A DNA stretch of 64,000 nucleotides from an uncultured Chitinophaga sp. (GTDB taxonomy: Bacteria; Bacteroidota; Bacteroidia; Chitinophagales; LD1), in the NCBI GenBank assembly GCA_964620645.1, contig CAZUHU010000002.1, positions 781 through 64,780 of the forward strand, in the 5' to 3' direction. The notes under the pieces were generated by a model, which saw nothing but the letters and a program-made list of their open reading frames with translations, was not told the origin of the DNA and searched no databases. A program made the translations under genes and the position numbers. The stretch's first letter is position 1. The number at the start of each line of letters is the position of its first letter. Below, piece after piece: positions 27,783 to 36,746 of this stretch.

Positions 27783-29388
27783 TACGGATAAGAAAATTGC
27801 CGATAAGCTGAAGGGCATAGAGATGCCTTATGAGCCGGAGGCATGGCAGGAGATGGAAGCCCTGCTTGATAAAAAGAAAAAGCGCCGGGTGATTTTCTGG
27901 TGGTTTTTCGGGAGTGGTATAGCTGCCTGTCTTTTACTGGGAGGGCTTTTGTGGCAGGGTATGCCAAAGCATACTGAACAACAGAGTAAGGCTTCAGAGA
28001 TAACTGAGAACAGGGCTGAGGTAAAAGAACCGGTAACCAGTGTGCAAAGCGCCATAACAACTACCGAAGGTGCGCCCGTAGTTAGCCTTGAGGGGGGCAA
28101 GAATGAAATCACTACAGCATCTGCTAATAATGGAAACATAAAAGCTGCAGAAACGAAGAATGGACAAAAGAACAATGCTGTTGCGGCCGAAAACCAGTTG
28201 AAAAAAGTTGAGACGAATCGGCAAAAAGACAAAAAGCAAAAAGCTGAAAAGGTAAGGACACTTGAGAAGACAGAGAAAGCGCCAATAGCAATAGTTAGCC
28301 CCAAACAGCGCAAGACGGAGAAGGTGAAAGAGTTGGTTGCCGGCACCGAGGAGCCGAGCGCCAACAAAACGGAAGAAGTAAGCCCCGCAAAACCGGAAGC
28401 AAAGGAGGAAGTTATCGCCCTGAATGGCACAGCTGCTGAGGAAGCTAAGAAAACGGAGCAGGCAAGCGGACAAAACGCGGAGATGCCTGTAACTACTGAA
28501 AATGTTGGACAGCAGACTGAAACCATAGAAGAAACAAAGGCGGTAAACGTAGAAGAAAAGAAAGAGGAGAAGGCTGAAAACGCTACTGCAAAAAAGGATG
28601 AGAAGGTTGATGGTAAGAAAAAGGTGTTCAGCTTCCATTTGGGCGCACGTACCGATTTTTATGATGTGATTCCGTTACACGAAGGGGCGAGAGATACCTT
28701 TGTAAAGGCGAAAGGAGTAGGGCGCTTTGCCTATATGGTGGGACCCGATATGGAGTTTATGTTTGGTAAGCACTTCAGCATTTATACAGGAGTGTTATAC
28801 TCTTATAATAGCTACCGGATAAATAATCCGGTGGTTAGCCCCAGTGCTTTAGACCTTCCGGATTCGGTAAACGCTTACAGCTCTATTGTTTGCAAAAGCT
28901 TTACAAGCACAGCACATGAAATAGTGCTGCCTGTTGGCTTTAAAGGCTATCCGTATGTTTCTGATAACTTCCGCATATCTATTGCAGCGGGTATCTTTAA
29001 TCACATAAAGATTAAGGAGAAGTTTAACACCGAGGTAGTTACAACACCTTATACCTCTATGAATGCACCGCTGGTGGGGGAGGATAAATTTGTAACTACT
29101 ACCAGTAATCCTTTTACCAATGCCTATACCGATATGTATGATAATAGCCCTACTACCCAGGCTTTAGAAAAAAGACAAAGCCAGGCTAATTGGTTTAGCG
29201 TAAGCGGTACCAGCCGTTATTATGCATCTTTTTATGCGTCAATAGGGGCTGAAGTGATTCTTAAAAAGCGCCTGAGAATTTTGGTAGAGCCTATTTACCG
29301 TATGAGCATAAGTACTATTGGCGAGCAACAGCAAAGGCTGCACAGCTTTGGCGGAAGCATCGGCTTTAAGTATCAATTAGGCAAATAG
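27772..29388 (+). CDS. sigma-coupled membrane protein: short cytoplasmic N-terminus, one TM helix, E/K/T/A-rich linker, C-terminal OM beta-barrel-like domain (putative anti-sigma factor)
   Basis: ATG 27772 overlaps the sigma gene stop by 11 nt. N-terminus ...MPYEPEAWQEMEALLDKKKKRR. TM VIFWWFFGSGIAACLLLGGLLW. About 220 aa of low complexity. The last ~250 aa show a beta-strand periodicity (..FSFHLGARTDF.., ..FGGSIGFKYQLGK). Confidence 0.75.
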   Translation: MENNTDKKIADKLKGIEMPYEPEAWQEMEALLDKKKKRRVIFWWFFGSGIAACLLLGGLLWQGMPKHTEQQSKASEITENRAEVKEPVTSVQSAITTTEGAPVVSLEGGKNEITTASANNGNIKAAETKNGQKNNAVAAENQLKKVETNRQKDKKQKAEKVRTLEKTEKAPIAIVSPKQRKTEKVKELVAGTEEPSANKTEEVSPAKPEAKEEVIALNGTAAEEAKKTEQASGQNAEMPVTTENVGQQTETIEETKAVNVEEKKEEKAENATAKKDEKVDGKKKVFSFHLGARTDFYDVIPLHEGARDTFVKAKGVGRFAYMVGPDMEFMFGKHFSIYTGVLYSYNSYRINNPVVSPSALDLPDSVNAYSSIVCKSFTSTAHEIVLPVGFKGYPYVSDNFRISIAAGIFNHIKIKEKFNTEVVTTPYTSMNAPLVGEDKFVTTTSNPFTNAYTDMYDNSPTTQALEKRQSQANWFSVSGTSRYYASFYASIGAEVILKKRLRILVEPIYRMSISTIGEQQQRLHSFGGSIGFKYQLGK

Positions 29389-29404
29389 ATCAGTAGATGA
29401 TAAA

Positions 29405-29438
29405 ATGCAAAAAGGGCCCGATGGAGCCCTTTTTGCAT
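29405..29438. terminator. strong hairpin between convergent genes (bidirectional terminator candidate)
   Basis: Perfect 13-bp stem atgcaaaaagggc / gccctttttgcat with an 8-nt loop. The stems contain A- and T-runs in both orientations. Confidence 0.8.
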
Positions 29439-29490
29439 TTATGGTACACAGCAGAAGCTTGAAAACCTCAAACTGCAATTTAAAAGAAGA

Positions 29491-29724
29491 TTAACCTTTG
29501 ATATCGGAGTTGTCCTCGCGGGCAACAAAGAAGAAAGTTAAGCCGATAGTAAGTAGAATTATACCTAATACCAGTGGCACCATGTGGCCGGTTTGATACA
29601 TGCTTTGGTGCAGCTTAGGATCGTTATAGTTTAATGCCCAACTGGTGTTGGCCATTACAAAAGAGTAGTAAAGGGTTAATAAAGTGCCCACGAGGGTGAA
29701 AATGCCGGCAATCACTTTGCTCAT
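29491..29724 (-). CDS. small membrane protein (two TM helices), function unknown
   Basis: ORF track runs to 29775. I prefer ATG 29724 (MSKVIAGIFTLVGTLLTLYY...). Second TM: VPLVLGIILLTIGLTFFFV. Confidence 0.55.
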   Translation of the reverse strand: MSKVIAGIFTLVGTLLTLYYSFVMANTSWALNYNDPKLHQSMYQTGHMVPLVLGIILLTIGLTFFFVAREDNSDIKG

Positions 29725-29924
29725 ATCAATGGAAATTTTGCAGTGCGAATGTAAGGCAAAATGTGAAAAATGCAAGCCGTAGGGCCTTATGAATACACGG
29801 TTTGAGCGCGCTGGCGTTCAGCGGGAAGGACAGTCCCTCGGGGCCGGCCCACGCCGTCCTTAACACTCATTTAGCGGCCGGGCCTTGGGTTTGGGCTGTA
29901 CTCTTCGTATTTTCGCGCCCTCTA

Positions 29925-31847
29925 ATGATAGCAGTATCCAACATACAATTGAGTTTCGGCGGGCGTATTATGTTCGACGGCATTTCGTTTTTGATAAACG
30001 ATAACGATAAAATTGGCCTTACAGGCCGTAACGGGGCCGGAAAATCAACCCTTTTAAAGGTTTTAAAGGGCATACAGCAAATTGATGGTGGCGACATCAT
30101 GTATCCGAAAGGAACCATAATAGGCTACCTGCCGCAGGAATTGCACTCGCAAAGCTCCTTATCGGTAATGGACGAAACCAAGAAGGCTTTTGAACTGGTA
30201 ACCCAGTTTATGGCTGAAAAGGAGAAGATTATGCACGAGATGGAAACCCGTACCGATTACGAAAGTGAGGGTTACATGCAGTTGATCGAACGCTTGGGAG
30301 AGGTGGAACACCAGATAGAAATACACGATGGTTATACTATTGATGAGCAAATAGAGCGCGTATTAAAGGGGTTGGGTTTTGAGCAGGACGGATTTGAAAA
30401 GGAAATGAAGAGCCTAAGCGGTGGATGGCAGATGCGCGTGGAACTGGCAAAAATTCTTTTGCAAAAGCCCGAGCTTATTTTGCTGGATGAGCCTACCAAC
30501 CACCTGGATATTGAGTCGGTATTATGGTTGGAGAAGTTTTTGAAAGACTACCCCGGCGCTATCATCATGGTATCGCACGACCGCAGCTTTTTGGATAACA
30601 TCACCAACCGCACCATTGAAGTAATTAACGGAGATATTGACGATTACCCTGCGCCTTATACCCGTTATGTGGAGTTACGCAAGGAGCGCCGCGAACAGCA
30701 GATTAATGCCGCTAAAAACCAGCAGCGCGAAATTGCCCAGATAGAGCGCAACATTGAGCGTTTCCGCGCAAAGGCCAGCAAGGCCACGTTTGCTCAATCG
30801 CTTATTAAAAAGCTGGATAAGATTGACCGCATTGAAGTAGAGGAAGAAAACATGGCGGCTATGAACCTGCGCTTTCCGCCTGCACAGTCTTCGGGTAAGG
30901 TTGTGGTAGAAGCCGAACACATAAGCAAAAGCTACGGCAATAAACAGGTATTAAAAGACCAAAGTTTTCAAATTGACCGTGGAGATAAAATAGCCTTTAT
31001 AGGTAAAAACGGCATGGGAAAAACTACCCTGACGCGTATACTGGTGGATGGCCTGCCGCATGAAGGAACAGTTAGCCTGGGCCACAATGTAACAGTAGGT
31101 TATTATGCCCAGCACGCTGCCGATAGCATGGACGGCAACGATACAGTGCTGGATGTGGTGGACCGTGTTGCTGTTGGTGATATACGCACAAAGTTGCGCG
31201 ATTTATTAGGCTGTTTCCTGTTTAAGGGTGATGATGTTTACAAAAAAGTGAAGGTGTTGAGCGGTGGCGAGAAAGGACGTTTGGCGCTTTGCCGTTTGAT
31301 ATTGGAACCAAGAAACTTTTTGGTGCTTGACGAACCGACGAACCACCTCGATATGCTGAGCAAGGAGATCATGAAAAACGCGCTTAAGCAGTTTGAAGGT
31401 ACCGTGGTTATTGTATCGCACGACAGGGACTTTTTGCATGACCTTACAACCAAGAGCTTTGAGTTTACCAAAGAAGGAATTAAAGAGCACCTGGGAGATA
31501 TAAATGAGTTTTTGGAGAAGAAGCAGATGGAGGATATACGCCTGCTTGCCAAGCGCGATGACGAGAAGGTTAAGAAAGAAGAGCCAAAGCAAAAGGCATT
31601 GAACAACCAGCCCAATAAGGACCAGGAAAAAGAAACCAAAAAGCTGAAAGGCGAACTGGATAAATGCGAAAAGCGCATTGCTGAGCTGGAGGAAGAGATA
31701 AAGAAGAAAGAAATACAGTTGGCAGACCCGGTTCAATTTCAGGAGTTGAGTAAAACGCCCAACTTTTATACCCAGTACGAAAAACTGAAGGCAGAACTTA
31801 CCACCGAAATGCAACGATGGGAAGAGCTGAGCGAAAAACTATCTTAG
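29925..31847 (+). CDS. ABC-F family ATPase (Uup-like, C-terminal coiled coil)
   Basis: ORF track start 29802 (TTG) trimmed to ATG 29925 (MIAVSNIQLSFGG...). Two NBDs: GRNGAGKST/LSGGWQMR/LLLDEPTNHLD and GKNGMGKTT/LSGGEKGR/LVLDEPTNHLD. No TM domain. K/E-rich coiled-coil tail. Confidence 0.92.
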   Translation: MIAVSNIQLSFGGRIMFDGISFLINDNDKIGLTGRNGAGKSTLLKVLKGIQQIDGGDIMYPKGTIIGYLPQELHSQSSLSVMDETKKAFELVTQFMAEKEKIMHEMETRTDYESEGYMQLIERLGEVEHQIEIHDGYTIDEQIERVLKGLGFEQDGFEKEMKSLSGGWQMRVELAKILLQKPELILLDEPTNHLDIESVLWLEKFLKDYPGAIIMVSHDRSFLDNITNRTIEVINGDIDDYPAPYTRYVELRKERREQQINAAKNQQREIAQIERNIERFRAKASKATFAQSLIKKLDKIDRIEVEEENMAAMNLRFPPAQSSGKVVVEAEHISKSYGNKQVLKDQSFQIDRGDKIAFIGKNGMGKTTLTRILVDGLPHEGTVSLGHNVTVGYYAQHAADSMDGNDTVLDVVDRVAVGDIRTKLRDLLGCFLFKGDDVYKKVKVLSGGEKGRLALCRLILEPRNFLVLDEPTNHLDMLSKEIMKNALKQFEGTVVIVSHDRDFLHDLTTKSFEFTKEGIKEHLGDINEFLEKKQMEDIRLLAKRDDEKVKKEEPKQKALNNQPNKDQEKETKKLKGELDKCEKRIAELEEEIKKKEIQLADPVQFQELSKTPNFYTQYEKLKAELTTEMQRWEELSEKLS

Positions 31848-31868
31848 CACAAACCTATTACTGAACGT

Positions 31869-32543
31869 ATGAAAACCCCGGTTATCCTATGCCTGGCTGT
31901 TTTGATTTGCCTGGCCACTAACGCACAAAAGAAGGACGAAAAGTATTTAAAGACCGCTAACCAGCAGTTACAGTCGAAGGATTTCGAAAAGGCGGAGCAT
32001 ACGCTTGAAGAAGTATCGCCCGCTGCACAGACTGAGGCCCGTTATCTGCAACTGTTTTCCGTAGTTGAGGATTCTCTCCATCATTATGAAAAAGCTATAG
32101 GCGCTTACGAGCAATGGCTAAAGTTACAGGCGGACGAAAAAGGAGTTGCCGAACGCATTACTGCCTTGCGCGAGGAATGGGCGAAAGTAGATGCCGCCGA
32201 AAAATTGAGGTTAGAGAAAATGAAAAACTGCCTGAAATGTAAAGGCACAGGTTACATAAGCACACAGGTAATATGCCCTACTTGTAGCGGATTTAAGATA
32301 GTAACCAAAGATTGCGGCCGCTGCGACGGAACCGGAATGATGTTATGCAATGGATGTGCGGGACAAGGCAAGGTAGAGTATAGGGTAGGTGACCAAACCT
32401 ATTATAGGGATTGCATGAAATGCGGAGGCGGCGGCAAATTAACCTGCACAGCCTATTGTAACCACGGAAAAATTACGGAGGACTGCCGTAAGTGCAATGC
32501 CAGCGGTCTGGTTACTAAAAATGTAAAGTGCGACCTGCACTAA
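31869..32543 (+). CDS. exported protein with helical N-terminal half and DnaJ-type cysteine-rich (CxxCxGxG) zinc-finger repeats
   Basis: Signal peptide MKTPVILCLAVLICLATNAQ. Motifs: CLKCKGTG, CPTCSGFK, CGRCDGTG, CNGCAGQG, CMKCGGGG, CTAYCNHG, CRKCNASG. Confidence 0.7.
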   Translation: MKTPVILCLAVLICLATNAQKKDEKYLKTANQQLQSKDFEKAEHTLEEVSPAAQTEARYLQLFSVVEDSLHHYEKAIGAYEQWLKLQADEKGVAERITALREEWAKVDAAEKLRLEKMKNCLKCKGTGYISTQVICPTCSGFKIVTKDCGRCDGTGMMLCNGCAGQGKVEYRVGDQTYYRDCMKCGGGGKLTCTAYCNHGKITEDCRKCNASGLVTKNVKCDLH

Positions 32544-32603
32544 ATGCTAGTTACAGCTTTTGAGCTATCCAAAGGTGGCTAAGCTGTTTACATTTGCTGC
32601 CAA

Positions 32604-33302
32604 ATGCATTTTTCTGAATTACAGGTTTTATACGAAGACAAACATCTGCTTGCTGTAAACAAGCCGTCAGGCATTGTTGTGGAGGATGGACACCATAAGT
32701 TTACCCTTGAAACTTTAGCGCTGGACTATATAAAAAGCAAGGACCAATGGCCCTGGAAATGCTTTATAGGCGTGCCCCACCGTATTGACCGCCCTGTAAC
32801 AGGCGCTGTGCTGTTTGCTAAAAAACGAAGCGTGTTAAAGCTGTTGGTGGAGCAGTTTAAGCACCGCGAACTAAAAAAGATTTATTACGCCATAGTTGAA
32901 AAGCGGCCGGCTTTGGATGAGGATGAGTTAATACACTGGCACCGCAAGAATGATGAGTTACGCAAAGCGGAATTATTTGACACCGAGCTTGAGGGCACCC
33001 ACCGCGCCAGGTTGAAATACAAGGTGCTGGCTGAAAATGATAAAGGCGTTTTGCTTGAGGTGCAGTTGATAACAGGAAAGTTTCACCAGATACGCGCGCA
33101 ACTTGCCAAGGCAGGTTGCCCCATTGTGGGTGATGAAACCTACGGCGGCACAAAGGTTTATAAACCTACCACTATTGCGCTGCACGCGCGCAGTTTGCAA
33201 CTGCGCCACCCGGTTACGGGGGAGCAGGTGTGTATTGAAGCGCCTTTGCCCAATGATGAATTATGGCAGAGCTTTGCTACCGGCATTAATGAAACCGCAT
33301 AG
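32604..33302 (+). CDS. RluA-family pseudouridine synthase
   Basis: Catalytic-Asp motif HRIDRPVTG, and ITGKFHQIRAQL. Confidence 0.88.
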   Translation: MHFSELQVLYEDKHLLAVNKPSGIVVEDGHHKFTLETLALDYIKSKDQWPWKCFIGVPHRIDRPVTGAVLFAKKRSVLKLLVEQFKHRELKKIYYAIVEKRPALDEDELIHWHRKNDELRKAELFDTELEGTHRARLKYKVLAENDKGVLLEVQLITGKFHQIRAQLAKAGCPIVGDETYGGTKVYKPTTIALHARSLQLRHPVTGEQVCIEAPLPNDELWQSFATGINETA

Positions 33303-33308
33303 ACTAAA

Positions 33309-34724
33309 CTAAACCAACACGGTTTCGGCTGAAAGAGTTTGCTTCGGATTGGAGATGCCCAGTTCCTCAGCCGGGATAATAAAGTAGAAGGTGGTGCCGT
33401 AGCCTTCCTGGCTTTCAAACCAGATTTGACCATTGTAGAACTGCACTATTTTTTTGCAAACAGCCAGGCCTATACCGGTACCCTCGTATTCGTTTTGGTG
33501 CAAACGGCGGAACATATGAAATAGGTGTTCTTCGTACTTTTTATCTATCCCGATGCCATTATCCTTAACGCTAAACAGGTGTTGGTTGTCGCCGTATTTC
33601 AGGTGCTCCACCGTAACCATAGGGTTTTTATTTTGGTTAAACTTTAACCCATTGGTAATAAGGTTTTGAAAAATGTGATACAGCATAGTAGAATGTACCT
33701 TACCCAACACCGGCATTTCACTGTTAATAATCAGGCTACCGCCACGCTCGTTAAGCTTTTCAGCTAATTCAATTTCAATGGTTTTAAGCAGAAGGCCAAT
33801 ATCTACATTAGCACAGGGTGGAAGATTGCGCCCTACGCGGCTGTATGCCAGCAGGTCGTCAATTAGTTTAGATAGGCGGTGAGAGCCGGCATAGGACATT
33901 TCGAGGAATTCTCTTCCTTCTGCCGGTATAGTATTGCTAAAACGTTTGATGTATAAATTGAGGAAGCTGCTGATGTTGCGCACCGGTGATTTTAAATCGT
34001 GCGAGATGATATAGGCAAACTGTTGAAGGTCTTCGTTAGAACGCTGCAGCTCCTCAGAAAAATCATGCAGTTTGCGGTTGGAGGTTTCTAACTGCTCTTC
34101 GGCACGGTGGTTATAAAGTGCCAGTATGTAAATGGCCGCACCGAAGAGAAAGAACTTCATAGCCAGGTTTATTTTATAGATGTGTAGCTGAGTGTTTAAA
34201 TCAAGATTGAAAGAGGTGAAGAAAGGATAAAGCATGAAGTACGCGAAGAAACCGGAAAGGGCTACGGCTACTGCAAACAACAGCTTTTTGTGCTCCTTAA
34301 TAGGAAAGAGAAGAAAGGGGATAACGTTGCTGAGGTAGAAGAACTCGTGCACTTTGCTCTCGTAACCTATATAGAGTGCATTAAACAGCACAAAGCTGTT
34401 TACCACAGCTATAAAAGCAAAGCGTGCCGCATTGTACTTGCCCTTACTGTTTAGATACAAGGCGCTTACCACGCAGAGTACGTCCACCAGTTGAATTGCA
34501 GCCAAAAAGTAATAGCCGCGTAGCAGAGAGAACGGGATATAAGCAACAACCGAAACCGCCGTCAGGAACGAAACCAGGTTGGTAAAAATTACAAACTTTG
34601 ATTTACTGTAGGGGTCATCCTTCTTGACGCCCAGTGTAATAATCCGGCTCCACAGGCAGTTAAAAAAAGCGCTTACCATATGGAAGTTTAGCCTATCTAC
34701 GTTAAGAGGGGACGACCGGTTCAC
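33309..34724 (-). CDS. sensor histidine kinase with multi-TM N-terminal domain (orphan; no adjacent response regulator)
   Basis: About 6 TM helices, a coiled coil, H-box ISHDLKSPVRNI, and G-boxes DNGIGID / GTGIGLAV. Start uncertain (GTG 34724 or ATG 34679). Confidence 0.88.
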   Translation of the reverse strand: MNRSSPLNVDRLNFHMVSAFFNCLWSRIITLGVKKDDPYSKSKFVIFTNLVSFLTAVSVVAYIPFSLLRGYYFLAAIQLVDVLCVVSALYLNSKGKYNAARFAFIAVVNSFVLFNALYIGYESKVHEFFYLSNVIPFLLFPIKEHKKLLFAVAVALSGFFAYFMLYPFFTSFNLDLNTQLHIYKINLAMKFFLFGAAIYILALYNHRAEEQLETSNRKLHDFSEELQRSNEDLQQFAYIISHDLKSPVRNISSFLNLYIKRFSNTIPAEGREFLEMSYAGSHRLSKLIDDLLAYSRVGRNLPPCANVDIGLLLKTIEIELAEKLNERGGSLIINSEMPVLGKVHSTMLYHIFQNLITNGLKFNQNKNPMVTVEHLKYGDNQHLFSVKDNGIGIDKKYEEHLFHMFRRLHQNEYEGTGIGLAVCKKIVQFYNGQIWFESQEGYGTTFYFIIPAEELGISNPKQTLSAETVLV

Positions 34725-34827
34725 TTTTCTGTAGTCGACCCCGAAAATTTTTTTACCGGTGGGGTGATCCGGATTAAACCCGGGTGCGTAACTGTATTCA
34801 AATGATTAAAACCAAAAACGAAACAAT

Positions 34828-35277
34828 ATGAAAAGCAGAATAATGAATATGATAGTAGTGGGAGTTGTGGCCCTGGGTATTGCCGGATTAGCATCCTGCG
34901 CCAAGGAAGATAAAACCCTGCGCACCAAAACTTATACGATGACCGAATACAACAGCAGTGGTGTAACCGGCACAGTAACTTTTAATGAAAATGAGGACAA
35001 TACCACTAATGTAAAGGTGCATATGATGGGTACGGTTAACGGCCTGGCCTACATGATGCATATCCACAGCGGGCCGATAACCTCGCCGGGTGGTGTTGTA
35101 TTTGACCTTGGCTCGCCCGTATCATCAGGCGGCATGATCGATAATACCGTTAAGGTATCGCAGACATTTGATTATATGACAACTTATAACGGATGCTTTG
35201 TGGCGCATGACCCGCAGGCTTCAGACCCTTTAACAACTTATGTGTTAGTGGGTAATGTAGGAAGCAACGCACCGTAA
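34828..35277 (+). CDS. small lipoprotein, possibly CHRD-like
   Basis: Lipobox ...GLASC. MHIHSGPITSPGGVVFDL resembles the CHRD HIHxGxxGxxGxV motif. The assignment is tentative. Confidence 0.6.
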   Translation: MKSRIMNMIVVGVVALGIAGLASCAKEDKTLRTKTYTMTEYNSSGVTGTVTFNENEDNTTNVKVHMMGTVNGLAYMMHIHSGPITSPGGVVFDLGSPVSSGGMIDNTVKVSQTFDYMTTYNGCFVAHDPQASDPLTTYVLVGNVGSNAP

Positions 35278-35376
35278 AAGATCGTTCTTTCTTTCCGATA
35301 GTGGGTTACAAGGGAGCGGTTGCTCGCAATCGCTCCCGACTTTTTTAAGATGATTGTTACATTCGGTTTTTAAGTT

Positions 35377-35910
35377 TTGAAGGAAAGACAAAAATATAGC
35401 GAAGAAGAGCTTATAAAGGAGCTAAAGACCCGGAGCCGAAAGGCTTTTGACTACCTGTATGATAATTACAGCCCCGCACTATACGGCATTATCATAAATA
35501 TTATCCGCGACGAGCAAACTGCCCATGACTTGTTGCAGGAAGCGTTTATAAAGATTTGGAACGGAATAGACAGCTATAACCCGGAAAAGAGCAGGCTTTA
35601 TACCTGGATGCTGAATATTGCCAGAAATTTATCGATCGATAAAATACGCGCAGGCAACTCACTTTCGCGCAAGGAAAACAAAGACTACATACGGAAGGAA
35701 AACGAAAACACCAAGCAAACGCCTTTTGTGGAAGGCATAGGCTTGCGTGGTTTAGTGAATGAACTGGAAATAGAGCAAAAGCAAATTATAGAATTGCTTT
35801 ATTTTAAAGGATATACCCAAACGGAGGCGGCTGAAGAGTTGAATATACCGTTGGGAACAGTTAAGAGCAGGGTGCGGTTGGCCATGGTTAAACTGAGAAA
35901 ATTTTTTTAA
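35377..35910 (+). CDS. ECF-type RNA polymerase sigma factor
   Basis: TTG start per the ORF track. Region 2 (LYTWMLNIARNLSIDKIR) and region 4 (GYTQTEAAEELNIPLGTVKSRVRLAMVKLR). Confidence 0.88.
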   Translation: MKERQKYSEEELIKELKTRSRKAFDYLYDNYSPALYGIIINIIRDEQTAHDLLQEAFIKIWNGIDSYNPEKSRLYTWMLNIARNLSIDKIRAGNSLSRKENKDYIRKENENTKQTPFVEGIGLRGLVNELEIEQKQIIELLYFKGYTQTEAAEELNIPLGTVKSRVRLAMVKLRKFF

Positions 35911-35913
35911 ACG

Positions 35914-36711
35914 GTGGAAGCAAGAGAAATTATAGAATCGGGAGCGCTGGAGCTTTACGTTCTGGGAGCACTACCCGCCGAGGAAACCAGGCAGATAGAC
36001 GATTTGCGCCGTACGCATCCGGAGCTGAACGAAGAAATTGCCCGTATAGAAAGTACGTTTGAGGAGCTGGCTAAAGCACAGGCCGTGATGCCTGAGCCGG
36101 AGTTAAAGGAGAAGATTGCCAACAAGCTGCAGTTTGGTGTGGAGCTTGACCTGGATATGGAAAAGGTGAGCTCAGTAATTGTAGAACTTACCCCGGTGTT
36201 TAAGTTGGCTGCTGCCGCTGCCGTATTAATTATTGTGGGATTGGTTTCTACCACTTATTACTTCAGCAGCCGTTATACCGAAGCCAACCGGGAGATAGTA
36301 CAACTGAAAGCCGATAAGGATGTTTTAGCACAACAGGTTAAAATGTTAAGTGGTGAAAGTGAAGCGATAAAGCAGCAATTGGCTGTAATAAGCAACCCCG
36401 CTAATAAAGCCATTGCTCTTAGAGGCTTAGCCATAGCCCCTAATGCGCAGGCAGTGGTTTATTGGAATGCGCAAACCGGCGAAACCCACTTGAATGCCGC
36501 CTTGCTACCGAAGGTTGGAGGTAATGAACAATATCAGCTTTGGGCCATAGTGGCCGGCAAACCGGTTGACCTGGGGGTGATAAACAAGGATACGCTGTTT
36601 GACAGAATGAAAGATGTTAGACAGGCGCAGGCCTTTGCCATTACACTTGAACCACTTGGTGGCCGCCCGGAACCAAGCCTGGATAAGATGTATGTTTTAG
36701 GCAGCGTTTAG
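35914..36711 (+). CDS. anti-sigma factor, RskA (anti-sigma-K) family
   Basis: GTG start 3 nt after the sigma gene stop. Central TM (AAAAAVLIIVGLVSTTYYF). C-terminal YQLWAIVAGKPVDLGV...FAITLEPLGGRPEPS is typical of the RskA extracytoplasmic domain. Confidence 0.82.
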   Translation: MEAREIIESGALELYVLGALPAEETRQIDDLRRTHPELNEEIARIESTFEELAKAQAVMPEPELKEKIANKLQFGVELDLDMEKVSSVIVELTPVFKLAAAAAVLIIVGLVSTTYYFSSRYTEANREIVQLKADKDVLAQQVKMLSGESEAIKQQLAVISNPANKAIALRGLAIAPNAQAVVYWNAQTGETHLNAALLPKVGGNEQYQLWAIVAGKPVDLGVINKDTLFDRMKDVRQAQAFAITLEPLGGRPEPSLDKMYVLGSV

Positions 36712-36746
36712 TTTCCTCTTAAGTTTACGTCGTTTTTACACAGCAC

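Noticed and set aside
27828-28638. Two long antisense ORFs (232 aa and 214 aa) opposite the E/K-rich linker of the sigma-coupled protein
   Set aside because: GAA/AAG/GCN-rich sense codons give stop-free complements (TTC/CTT). The products are low-complexity F/S/L-rich strings. This is a typical artefact of a K/E-rich region.
29802-29924. 41-codon N-terminal extension (TTG start) of the ABC-F ORF
   Set aside because: ABC-F proteins start a few residues before the first NBD strand (MIAVSNIQLSFGG). The extension is GC-rich, non-protein-like sequence.
31206-31814. Antisense ORFs of 202 aa and 146 aa opposite the ABC-F coiled-coil tail
   Set aside because: Same K/E-rich complement artefact. The sense strand has unambiguous ABC-F motifs.
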